Shown here: in pieces, positions 9,070 to 18,600 of the stretch
Position numbering within the stretch: position 1 is the first letter of the stretch
How the letters are laid out: every line of letters starts with the position of its first letter
From: an uncultured bacterium
Lineage (GTDB): Bacteria; Hydrothermota; Hydrothermia; WGAB01
DNA: 64,000 nucleotides
Reading direction: 5' to 3'
Assembly: GCA_964406105.1 (NCBI GenBank)
Contig: CAYOQK010000011.1
Coordinates: 1,110-65,109, forward strand
Translations under genes and position numbers: made by a program
The notes under the pieces: model-generated
What the model saw: only the letters and a program-made list of their open reading frames with translations
Databases searched by the model: none
What the model was told of the DNA's origin: nothing

Positions 9070-12000
9070 GGCTTCTGCACCTCCTTTGGACGGTGTCGCA
9101 CCAGTACCTTACCCAGCACCTGTCGGCTCAGGGCCACCAGGTCCAGGTCGTTGACCACGCCGTCGCGATTCACGTCTCCCAGATCATAGGGATCCGGCGC
9201 AGGCCCGTGGGCGTACAGATAGGTGGCCAGTTGTTCTACGTCGGCCGCGGTCAGTTGTCCATCGCCGTCCAGGTCACCGTACAGCCATTGGGTCACGGTG
9301 AAGGTCACGGGCACTGCCACCACGGGTTCATCTGGGTCGTTGCTGTGCACGTAAAGGGTATCGGTATAGGTGCCTTCCTCCAGGGCCGAGGCGTCCATCA
9401 CCACCCGGATCTCCGCCTGTTCCCCGGGAGGCACAGTACCACCCTCAGGCGACACCCGAAGCCACGGCGGCAAGGCATAGATCTCCACGGCCAGTCCGTT
9501 GGCCAGGTAGGCGGCGTTGTAGACCACCAACAGACCATCGGAGCCCTCATCGTTTTCAATGCCCACGGTGGCTGAGGTCAAATCGCCCTGAAGGTCCAGG
9601 TACTGGAACAGAATGCGGCCATCGGGATAGAGGATGACCTCAAAGGTGTACGGAGAGCTGGCACCGTAATGGGGTACTTGGTACCATTCCACGATGAACC
9701 GATCGGTTTCGGTGTCGTAATAGGTGTACACCTCACCCGAGGTGGAGGGGTTAAGGTCATCCCAGAAGGGAGCGATGAAGGCGTTGGGGGGGTCCGCATT
9801 GGGGATGGGATCGTTGGTGTAGTCGGTGCCGTCGGTTCCAAAGGTAAGGTAACCATTGGAAGACACCCGCACCGTGGTTCGTGGGGTACCGTAGAAGGGG
9901 AAGGCCCACGGCAAATCCACCACGGCGTCGTCATCATCTCCCAGATTCAAGGCGGTGCCGATGTCGGAGATCTCCACCCAGTCAAAGGTGGGGCCACCGG
10001 GTTCTTGTGAATCCTGCCACCGGTAGCCGAAGCCATCCGGCCCCCCTGCTCCCTTTTCCGGTGGGAAGCCCTGGGCTTCGGGGGTTCCTTTGCCCGGTGG
10101 TGCTTTGGGCAGATAGGCAAACCGATGGAGCCTACGGCTGCTGGGCTGTCGCTGGATCTGGAACCACAGAGTTCGTTCTCCCAAGTTCTGGATCACCAAG
10201 GTGCGCACCGCCGAATCGCCCACCTGGGCCATCGCTGAGAAGCTCTCAGGCGATAGGTGAAGGTCCGGCGGTGAACCGGTGGACTCCAGGAAAAAGTCCA
10301 TGATGTTCTGCAGCAGGAGCACCTTATGGCCGGCGGGATTGTCGCTCAGGCCCGCCAGTTCAAAGGACAGGCCTACGGTGCGATAGGTGCCAGCATCATA
10401 GGCCACTCCACACCCATAGGTGGGTGTAGAGTTCTCAAAGATCATGAAGGCACCTGCATTGCCGGGCTCCAGGTGATCCACCCAGGCGTTCTCGCCGGCG
10501 TAGGGGAAACTCATGCCCTGGGTAAAGGTGCCATCCACGCCCTCCACTGTGGCCAGGTCGTTGCTACCATCGGCGGTGGCCTGGATTCCAAAGGACGGTC
10601 CAAAGTCGTGGCCGTTGGCCGAGGCCGGGTCAAAGTACCAAACGTCCCCGCCCTCCAGATATACGTTGCCCCCTTGGGCCAGGTAGTCTTCAATCCATTG
10701 GGCCTCTTGGCTGCCCTCCAAGATGCGGTAGTTGTCGCTGTACATCCCCACGCACACAAAGAGGCTTTGGTAGTAGGGCAGATCGTTGGCATAGGCCGCA
10801 AGGTCGGTGGTATAATCGCCCTGATAGCCCAGGGAATCGCGCAGGATGCTGTAAATCACCGGGCCTGAGGAGTGGTTGGGGTCCGGATCCCACACCAAGA
10901 ACTGTCCACCCACACCGATGGTCACCTGGAAGGTGTCGGCGAAGGAGTAAAAGCCTGAAGACCACTCCACTACGAAGGTGGCCGAATGATGGAGCGGTGT
11001 GGCCGGGTCGGAACGGAACACAAACCCCGATCCCGGGGCTTCGCTGCCCACCGCCACATCTCCGTATGAGGCCGTGGTATCCATCAGGGTGATGTAGGGA
11101 TCAGAAGACCGCAACACGCCGGTAACGTTAGGGATATCCAAGTGCCCGTCGTTCCGGGTTGTGGGGAACAGGGTAATCCGTTCACCGGCCTCAGCGATTC
11201 CGTTGCCGTTGGAGTCCTGCAGGGTTACCTCACCCAGCACGAGATTCGGAGCGTATACCACCATGGAGAAGGGCGAGGCGGAGGAGTCTCCGAAGCCATA
11301 GGTAAACTTCAGGGTGAAGGGAAGCTGCTGCTGATCCCTCAAGGTTGGGGCAAAGGCCAAGGCGTACGAGGCTTCCACCGAGTCGCCCGGGGCCAAAGTC
11401 CCCAGGGACACCTGGGGGTCTGATACCGAAACGCCCGCAGGGGCCTGCAGGGTGCTTACCACGTCGTAGGCGGCTTGGGTGCCCACGTTCTTGACCCAAG
11501 TGATGAGGGTCGCGGCCTCGTCGGGGTTCGGATGTTGGTCGCCGTTCTCGTCGCTGAGGGTCCAGGAGACCAGGGTTACGTAGGGTCCCTCTGCGACTGC
11601 CACGATTTGGGTGTACGCAGGAGCGTGATTGTGGGCTGTGGTGGTCACCCACAGGGTATCACCAGCATCCAAGGAAACCGAGAGGTCCACACGGCCCGAG
11701 GCGTTGGTGTAGCCAGAGGCCAGAAGGCTATCCTGCCGGTTTCGGATACCCACCAAGGCTTCGGCCACAACCCCTTGAGGATCCGATACCGTCACGCTCA
11801 CCGTGTGGTTCCCTGGGGGCAGCGTACCCTCATGGCTCACGTACAGGGTTTCGGGCACTTGGGTGAAGAGATCCAGGGCGGGATCGCCGAAGAGATTGTA
11901 CATCTCAAAGTAGCGGCGTACCCGATCGGTATTGCCGTAGTACTCGTAGAGGGCCATTTTGGCGTGGTTCACGAACCCCATCACCCAGGTAATGGCGGAG

Positions 12001-13517
12001 TCAAACTGGGCGTCAAACATGCGGCGCTCCAGCACATCATCCTCGTCCCAGTAGGAGGTGACGGAGGAGCCCAGAGCCACCACCGCACCCTTGTCGGGTG
12101 CCCGAAGCCACGCTTCCATGAAGCACTCATCGTAGGCGGCATAGGAGCCCGTGAGACATGCGTAGCTCTGCACCATGGGGTAGCGGTCGGTGTTGGAGAG
12201 GCTATAGATATCGGAGATATCAAAGGAGGGGCCTGCCCATCCCTGTTCGTAGCCGTGGCCCGAGTAGATGGCCAGGCTCCGGCCGTCGTTCAAGGCTGTG
12301 GCCACCGGCGTACCGGTACCGTAGTACTCAAAGAGCGAATCGGCGATCATGCCGTGAGCACGCACGATGCCCATGGCGTACAGATGGGTACCCTCGGCCA
12401 CTTGATGGAAACTGGCATCGTCCGAGGCCATGAAGTACGCCCGCTGGGCCCAGGCGCGACCGTTTGCCCATGCAGTTTGTTGGTATGCCAATGCCTTATT
12501 GACCACCTGGGAGAGTTCAGAGGCGGAAGACACGCTGAAACGCCCCACGTAGAGGTCGGGAAAGTAGTCGGTATCGTCCATCATGCCATAGTTCAGGTCC
12601 GTGTCCGGGGTGCCTTCCCCTTGGCCAGTGAAGTTCGGGATCTGGTCCACATCGCCCACGAGCAGGACAAAGGTGGGAGGAACATCCCAGGTGGCATAGG
12701 CATTCTGGATGTAAGCGCGGATTTCGGTAGCGGTGGGATTGCTCCCAATGGCAGAGAGCGGGGTAAGGGTTACAAAGTACCCCTTCGCAGTGAGCCAGTC
12801 GGCATAGGGTTGTATGGCGGAGATGTAGGCGTCGGGGACGAGGATCAAATACCCCACAGGAGCAGGGGGCACCCGAAGCAAAGCCTCGGGATTCAACACC
12901 AAGCGCTTCAGTTGGGCCAAAAACGGCGTGCTGAGTTTCCAAGGATGCCGCGGGGTGGGGGCTGGGACCTGGACCTGAACCTCCAGGTCCAGAAGTTCCA
13001 CCTCGTTCCTGGCCGGATGATACTGCACGGGGTACACCTCCAGCACCACCAGGGGCTGATCGCGGAGGGTACCGGCGGGTTTCACCTGCCAAAGGAAACC
13101 CGGATAGGGCGTGGTCTGCTGGTACACGGCCCGGTTCTGAACGAAGGGCACTTGGGGGTTGGGCACCTTTGGCACTGGAGGCTGCACAGGTTCCAGAGGG
13201 GTGTTCCCCAGGGACACGGTGCGGCGGCCCACCACCTTGACGGTCACCTGCAGCTCTTCAGGGGATGCGGCCAGGAAAAAGCGCCGAAGCACTGGCACCC
13301 GTGGATTGCCCAGTTCAGAGGTGACTCCAAACCCCTCCACCTGAACCCGTACAAAGGTGCCAGGCTCCAGGGAACGGGGTTGGAGTTGAGCCTCCTGGGT
13401 CGTGGTTACCTGCAGAAGGAAGAGGTGATCCGATGGTTGGTGCACATGCACGCCTGCCCTCAGGGGCAAGGCGAGGGCCAAAAGCAGGCACAGTCCTCTA
13501 TACAGCCAAGCCTTCAT
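9066..13517 (-). CDS. Giant secreted C25 (gingipain-like) cysteine peptidase with a NIDO-like module, an Ig-like region and a C-terminal dockerin
   Basis: Signal peptide MKAWLYRGLCLLLALALPLRAG with GGAGG 6 nt upstream. IYSGHGYEQGWAGPSF (His of the C25 dyad) and VQSYACLTGSYA (Cys). C-terminal duplicated Ca-binding dockerin loops DLDGDGQLTAADV and DVNRDGVVNDLDL. Confidence 0.7.
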   Translation of the reverse strand: MKAWLYRGLCLLLALALPLRAGVHVHQPSDHLFLLQVTTTQEAQLQPRSLEPGTFVRVQVEGFGVTSELGNPRVPVLRRFFLAASPEELQVTVKVVGRRTVSLGNTPLEPVQPPVPKVPNPQVPFVQNRAVYQQTTPYPGFLWQVKPAGTLRDQPLVVLEVYPVQYHPARNEVELLDLEVQVQVPAPTPRHPWKLSTPFLAQLKRLVLNPEALLRVPPAPVGYLILVPDAYISAIQPYADWLTAKGYFVTLTPLSAIGSNPTATEIRAYIQNAYATWDVPPTFVLLVGDVDQIPNFTGQGEGTPDTDLNYGMMDDTDYFPDLYVGRFSVSSASELSQVVNKALAYQQTAWANGRAWAQRAYFMASDDASFHQVAEGTHLYAMGIVRAHGMIADSLFEYYGTGTPVATALNDGRSLAIYSGHGYEQGWAGPSFDISDIYSLSNTDRYPMVQSYACLTGSYAAYDECFMEAWLRAPDKGAVVALGSSVTSYWDEDDVLERRMFDAQFDSAITWVMGFVNHAKMALYEYYGNTDRVRRYFEMYNLFGDPALDLFTQVPETLYVSHEGTLPPGNHTVSVTVSDPQGVVAEALVGIRNRQDSLLASGYTNASGRVDLSVSLDAGDTLWVTTTAHNHAPAYTQIVAVAEGPYVTLVSWTLSDENGDQHPNPDEAATLITWVKNVGTQAAYDVVSTLQAPAGVSVSDPQVSLGTLAPGDSVEASYALAFAPTLRDQQQLPFTLKFTYGFGDSSASPFSMVVYAPNLVLGEVTLQDSNGNGIAEAGERITLFPTTRNDGHLDIPNVTGVLRSSDPYITLMDTTASYGDVAVGSEAPGSGFVFRSDPATPLHHSATFVVEWSSGFYSFADTFQVTIGVGGQFLVWDPDPNHSSGPVIYSILRDSLGYQGDYTTDLAAYANDLPYYQSLFVCVGMYSDNYRILEGSQEAQWIEDYLAQGGNVYLEGGDVWYFDPASANGHDFGPSFGIQATADGSNDLATVEGVDGTFTQGMSFPYAGENAWVDHLEPGNAGAFMIFENSTPTYGCGVAYDAGTYRTVGLSFELAGLSDNPAGHKVLLLQNIMDFFLESTGSPPDLHLSPESFSAMAQVGDSAVRTLVIQNLGERTLWFQIQRQPSSRRLHRFAYLPKAPPGKGTPEAQGFPPEKGAGGPDGFGYRWQDSQEPGGPTFDWVEISDIGTALNLGDDDDAVVDLPWAFPFYGTPRTTVRVSSNGYLTFGTDGTDYTNDPIPNADPPNAFIAPFWDDLNPSTSGEVYTYYDTETDRFIVEWYQVPHYGASSPYTFEVILYPDGRILFQYLDLQGDLTSATVGIENDEGSDGLLVVYNAAYLANGLAVEIYALPPWLRVSPEGGTVPPGEQAEIRVVMDASALEEGTYTDTLYVHSNDPDEPVVAVPVTFTVTQWLYGDLDGDGQLTAADVEQLATYLYAHGPAPDPYDLGDVNRDGVVNDLDLVALSRQVLGKVLVRHRPKEVQKP
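9135..9278 (-). other. Dockerin type I module at the C-terminus of the C25 peptidase
   Basis: GDLDGDGQLTAADVEQLATYLYAHGPAPDPYDLGDVNRDGVVNDLDLVALSRQVLG is a duplicated EF-hand-like Asp-rich dockerin signature. Confidence 0.6.
9495..10034 (-). other. NIDO-like module shared with the C25 paralog (second copy at 2533-3090 on the + strand)
   Basis: SSNGYLTFG...IAPFWDDLN...GEVYTYYD...RFIVEWY...VGIEN. The paralog copy reads CSNGWIALD...IAPLWDDLEGRVYTLYD...RFVVEWV...VGIEN. This fits the NIDO pattern NG-x-hydrophobic-SF ... APFW-x-D-hydrophobic-D ... VYYR. Confidence 0.35.
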
Positions 13518-13541
13518 CCAAAAACCTCCTCAAATAGAGTA

Positions 13542-13573
13542 CGGGGTTCCTCGTCCAAAACGAGGAACCCCGC
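13542..13573 (-). terminator. Hairpin downstream of argF, likely an intrinsic terminator
   Basis: cggggttcctcgt-ccaaaa-acgaggaaccccg is a perfect 13-bp stem, followed on the minus strand by TCTATTT. It lies only about 25 nt upstream of the C25 peptidase start codon. Confidence 0.5.
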
Positions 13574-13597
13574 AAAGCCCATGGTATTCCAAGGGTT

Positions 13598-14518
13598 TCA
13601 ACGCCTGCGGCGGGCGAACAGCCGCAGGAGCACGGCCATTTCGGTATACAGGCGGTTTTCTGCCTGGTCTAACACCACCGAACGGGAGGATTCCAGGACA
13701 TCGGCCGTGATCTCCTCGCCGCGGTGGGCGGGCAAACAGTGCATCACTCGGGCATCCTCAGGGGCATAGCTCAGGAGTTCTCGGTTCACCTGATAGGGTT
13801 GGAACACCCGGCGGCGTTCTTCGGCCTCTTGCTCCTGTCCCATGGAGGCCCATACGTCGGTGTACACAAAGTGGGCACCCTTCACGGCCTCGCGGGGGTC
13901 GTGGGTGATGCGGATCTCGGCCCCGGTTTGCTGTGCGATCTCTCGGGCCTTTTCCACGTACTTCCGGGGGGGTTCATAGCCCTTCGGGGAAGCGATCACA
14001 AAGGTGCCTCCGAGCAGCGCCGTCATGAGCATCAGAGAGGTGGCCACGTTGTTGCCATCCCCGATGAAGGCCAGATGCACCTTCCAGGTGCGGGCGTACT
14101 CGTAGATGGTCATGTAGTCCGCCAAGGCCTGGCAAGGGTGTTCCCGATCGGACAGGGCGTTGATCACGGGGATCCGGGTTACCCGGGCCAGGGTTTCCAG
14201 GGTTTCGTGTTGGAACACTCGGGCCACGATGCCGTCCACCCACCGTTCCAGGTTCCGGCCCACATCCTCCACGGGTTCTCGCACACCGAGGCGGATATCG
14301 CCCGGTGCAAGGTAGGTGAGGTCACCGCCAAGCCGTCGGATGGCCACCTCAAAGGTCACACGGGTTCGCAGGGAGGGCTTCTCAAAGATCAGCGCCAGGT
14401 GTTTGCCCTGGAGCACCCGGGGGTACTCGGCCCCCCGCTTGATCCTTAAGGACTCTTCCAGGATCTGGATCAACTCCTGGCGGTTTAAGTCCAGAACGGA
14501 AAGGTAATCCTTGGTCAT
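13598..14518 (-). CDS. argF: Ornithine carbamoyltransferase
   Basis: SLRTRVTFE carbamoyl-phosphate-binding motif and HCLPAHRGEE. The start is placed at the internal ATG 14518 (MTKDYLSVLDL). The ORF track's extension to 14677 is an upstream open frame. Confidence 0.85.
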   Translation of the reverse strand: MTKDYLSVLDLNRQELIQILEESLRIKRGAEYPRVLQGKHLALIFEKPSLRTRVTFEVAIRRLGGDLTYLAPGDIRLGVREPVEDVGRNLERWVDGIVARVFQHETLETLARVTRIPVINALSDREHPCQALADYMTIYEYARTWKVHLAFIGDGNNVATSLMLMTALLGGTFVIASPKGYEPPRKYVEKAREIAQQTGAEIRITHDPREAVKGAHFVYTDVWASMGQEQEAEERRRVFQPYQVNRELLSYAPEDARVMHCLPAHRGEEITADVLESSRSVVLDQAENRLYTEMAVLLRLFARRRR

Positions 14519-14522
14519 GGCT

Positions 14523-15638
14523 TTACTTTTTGTTGCGTTCCAGTTCCTGGGCTTTTTTGAACATCTCCAGCGACTTTTTGGTGTCGCCCATCTGCTTGTA
14601 CACCATACCGGCGATGTTGTAGTAATCCGGGTTCTCGGGATCCAGTTCAATGGCCCGTTGGATAGCAGCCAGCGCATCCTTCAGGTGTTGATCCTTGTTT
14701 TCCTTGAGGTTCAGCAGGGTCACGGCCAAGAAGTAGAATCCCTGGGGGTCATCGGGCGCCAAGGCCGTGTATTTCTGGAAGGCCTCGGCGGCCGTGGCGT
14801 AATCGTCTTGCTTCAAGGCCGTGATGCCCAGATTCAGCCAGGCATCGGTATTGGTGGAATCCAGGGCCAGGGCTTTACGGAACTGCTCAATGGCCTTGTC
14901 GTACTGTTCCTTCTCAAAGTACACCACACCCAGGTTAAAGGGGATGTTGGCATCGTCGGGTTTGAGTTGGGCCGCTTTTTCCAAGTAGGGGATGGCCTCG
15001 TCGTACCGGCCCTCATCCTTCAAGGCCACGCCCAGGTGGTAATTCAGATCCGGGTCGTCGGGTACCTTTTCCACTCCCTGTCGCAGGACATCCACATAGG
15101 AGGGATCACCCTTCTTGCGGAGCAAAGAGGCTTTAAGCAGGTACATTTTGGGTTCCTGGGGATTCAACCAAATGCCGGTATCCAAAAAGGAAAGGGCTTG
15201 ATCCAGGTTGCCGGCCTTGGCGGCCTGCACCGAGGCGTTGCGGAGGGTGGTGAGGATGCCGTCTACATTAAAGGCCGTGCCCCCAGCGATCTTGTACACC
15301 TGGGCAATCCGTTGCGGATCCCGCAGGGTGCTGTCCATTTGAAAAGCCTTTTGGAAGGTTTCCGAAGCCTGAAGGTAATCCCCATTGATGGCATAGGCCA
15401 GGGCCAACCACATGTAAGCCTTGGGGTTTTGGGGTTCGGTTTCTACCCAGGCCTTGGCTTCTTTGAGCAGTTTGGGCTTGTTGTTTTGTTGCAGGTAGAT
15501 CTTGACCGACGTGGCATGCGGGGACGTGGCACAACCCACAACTCCAAAGGCAAAAAGAGCCACCAGTCCAAGAGCCAACACCCGTTTCACCGTGAAACCT
15601 CCTTTTGGGTTTTGCGATCCGACATGGGTTCGGGGCAA
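14523..15638 (-). CDS. TPR-repeat lipoprotein
   Basis: Signal peptide plus lipobox (VVGCATS), followed by tandem tetratricopeptide repeats (WLALAYAINGDYLQA, YHLGVALKDEGRYDEAI and others). Confidence 0.65.
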   Translation of the reverse strand: MPRTHVGSQNPKGGFTVKRVLALGLVALFAFGVVGCATSPHATSVKIYLQQNNKPKLLKEAKAWVETEPQNPKAYMWLALAYAINGDYLQASETFQKAFQMDSTLRDPQRIAQVYKIAGGTAFNVDGILTTLRNASVQAAKAGNLDQALSFLDTGIWLNPQEPKMYLLKASLLRKKGDPSYVDVLRQGVEKVPDDPDLNYHLGVALKDEGRYDEAIPYLEKAAQLKPDDANIPFNLGVVYFEKEQYDKAIEQFRKALALDSTNTDAWLNLGITALKQDDYATAAEAFQKYTALAPDDPQGFYFLAVTLLNLKENKDQHLKDALAAIQRAIELDPENPDYYNIAGMVYKQMGDTKKSLEMFKKAQELERNKK

Positions 15639-15678
15639 TTATACTTCCGGGCCCGGAAAGGGGCAAGGAATGGGCGCT

Positions 15679-18600
15679 TCAGCGGTTCAAAAGCCTGAGT
15701 AAGGTTCTCAGGTACGCCTCGGTAAGTCGTCGGTATCCCGAGGCCTCAGGCTGCCGCTGGAGTTCCAGGAGCAGGCGGCGGGCCTGGTCGCGCAGGGTGG
15801 CTCGTTCCAAAGGAGCCACGTCTGGCGGCTCCACAGCGCGGCCGGGGGTAGACTTCCGCCGACGGGCGAACTCACGTTTCCGTAGGGCCCGCTCGGCCTG
15901 CAGGAGCCGCTCCAGCGCCTTCTCTTGATGGCGGCGAACCTCTGGGGTAACCTGGCCCTGACGCAAGGCCCGCTCTGCTTCTTCCATGGCCTGCCGAGCA
16001 CCCTCCAGGGCCTGCTCCATCCCCGTGCCCTGCTGCAGGGCTTCCTGCAAACGCTCCAAGGCCTCCCGCAGCGCCCGCTGCTGCTCTGCCAATTGCTGAA
16101 GCCGAGCGAGAACGTCGCCCGGCACGGGACTCGGGAGGGGCAACAGTGATTGGGTTGCCTGATTCAGCTGCATTTGGCCCTCGGCCAACTGCTCCAACTG
16201 TTGAAGCATCTGTTCCACGCCGGTACCAGAGCCACTCTGCTGGGCCTTTTTTTCGGCCTGGAATAAGAGCAAAAGCGTTCGGTTCATTAGGCCATAGGCT
16301 GCCCCGGCCGCCTGGCGAGCCTGGGCATAGGCCCCTTGGGATAAGGCCTGGGTGGCCTCCTCCTGCAAGGATCGGATTCGCTGGAGCAGGTCCATCATCA
16401 CGTTGGAGAGCACGAGGGTTTGGGACATCAGGGATCGGAACTGTTGCGCAATCGGTTCCAGGGCATCGGCCAGGGCTTGGCTTTCCCGGGCCGCCGCCTC
16501 CGGGTGCACAGGACCAGCGGCAGCGTCCAACTGATCCCATAGGTGTGCCTGCTGCCGAGCAAGGAACAGCAGATCCCGCCGAATCCGACGGATCTGCTGC
16601 ACCACCTCTTGCCTTTGCTGCTGGCTCCATTGGTGGCGAAGTTGGTTCAATCCCTGTCTCAGGTTCATCAAACGCTGCAGAGCCCTCTGCTGGGAGCGCT
16701 GGGCTGCGGTGAAGTTTTGCTGTTGGAGGCTGGCCTGGGCCTGTTGCATGGCTTGCTCTGCGGGTTGACCCTGCTGCTCCGATAGAGTGCGCAGGGAATC
16801 CGCCACCTGCGGGGCTTCAGAGGCCAGGTCCTGGGCGAGGTTCTGCATCTCTTGAAGGGCCGTCTCTAACTGTTGCTGGAGTTGCTCCTGTTCTTGGGCC
16901 AAGGCCTGGGATTCCTCCGGTGATGTGGCCTGCTGCGTTCGCTCTGCCAGATCCGCTTGCCGAGCCGACAATTCGGCGATCCGCTCTTCCAGTTCCGCCA
17001 GCTTCAATTCTCGGCGGAACCGTTCCAGCACCTGTTCCAGTCGTTCCAATCGCTGCCTCAATGCCTCTTGGTTTTGTTGGAGTTGTTCCAACATGCGGCT
17101 CATCTCTACAGGGTTGGCGCGCTGCAGGGTTTTTTGGAGCTTTTCCAAAACACGGCGCAGCTCCTCGGAGGCCACCTCTTGGAACAGCTCGGCCACCCTT
17201 TGGGCGCGTTCGGCCAATTCGGGGTCCACGCTGGATAGGGCGTCCATCCTTTTGAGCGCCTGCTGAACTTGCTGAACCTGCTGGTTCAGGGCTTCCAGCA
17301 TGCGCTCCTGTTGTTGGAGCATCGCTTGAAGACGCTCGCGGGTGGCCCAATCCAGCTCACGCCGGGCCTTTACCTGTTCGGCGATTTCCTGAAGCTGACG
17401 GGCCAACGCGCGGGTTTGTTGTTCCAAAGCCGCAGTTCCCTGTTCCTGTGTTTGCAGGGCTGCCTCGGTTTCTGCGTACAGGTCCTCCAGGGAGGGAAAC
17501 CGTACGGTGAGGGGTTCGCTTTCGCCCACCTGGCCAGCACGGTCCACGGCTTCCAGCACCAACGTCAGGGCTTCGCCGGGCATGAGGTCAAAGGGCGAGA
17601 GGTCCAGTTGCGCCTGCAAGGTATCCAGGGTGACGCCCGCTGTGGGAAGGGTTTTCAGGTCCAACCGTTGGACGGTGCCGTGGAGCTCCACCCGGGCCTG
17701 GATCCGCCGCAGGCCCCAGTCGTCCTCGGCATAGGCCCACAGAGAGAGGCGTTCGTCGTCGGGCAGATCCACCCTCCCCCGGGGGGCCAACAGTCGGATC
17801 CGGGGCGGGGCGTCGCGGGTCACGTGGATTCGGATCAAGTCGGGCACCCGTCGTTGAAGGTGTGCTCGGAAGAACACGAAACCCAAGGAACAGGGCTGGC
17901 TCAACCGCGCCGTCCTCCATTGAAACCTCTGATCTGGAGCCAGCCGGAGGGTTTCGGCTTTGCAGGAGGCCACAAGCCATCCCGAATCGGCCAGGGCCAG
18001 GCGTCCCTCCAGGCTCAGGGCTGATCCCTGGAGCACCTGTAGCCGATAGGGATTGGTCAAGGTTTCTGGGGGCCAACCGGTATAGGCAGGGAAACGCACC
18101 ACGGCCTGCAAATCTTGCACCAGGGGTTCTTCAAACACCTGGAGGGTACAGGGTGGGCTGCTCAAGCCTGAGGGCACCACGGCCTGGAACCGGTAAGTTC
18201 CAGGGGAAAGGGCGAGTTTTTCAAAGCGATAACGGCCCTGTGCGGTATCGGATTCCACGGGCCGGAGGGTATCCACGGAGTTGAACACCAGCACAGGGAC
18301 CTCTTGCAACTGCCAGGTTTCCACGGTGACGGTCACCGGGGAACCGGCAAACACCGCGCGCGGAAAGGTGATCACGGTCAAACGGGGCTGCAGGGGCCAA
18401 GGGCGGTGGACTGCGGTGTACAGAGCCCGAACGGCTCCCAGGGGATCAAGGGCCGTTAGGGCCAGAGCCAGGATCCACCCCCCGAAGAACCATCGGAGGG
18501 CCCAAGGGGATGGCCGGAGGCTGTCCAAAAGGTGGGGCACCTGGTGTTGCACTTGATGCCACAGAGTCCGCTGGAGTTCAGGGGGCAACCGTTGGCCCAG

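Noticed and set aside
14511-14677. N-terminal 53-codon extension of argF, and similar upstream extensions on mvhA (50482-50961), hdrA (53898-54203), hdrC (55366-55515) and sppA (8476-8559)
   Set aside because: The extensions are Arg/Pro-rich and lack RBSs. They overlap neighbouring genes. Internal ATGs preceded by GGAGG-type RBSs give canonical N-termini that match the protein families.
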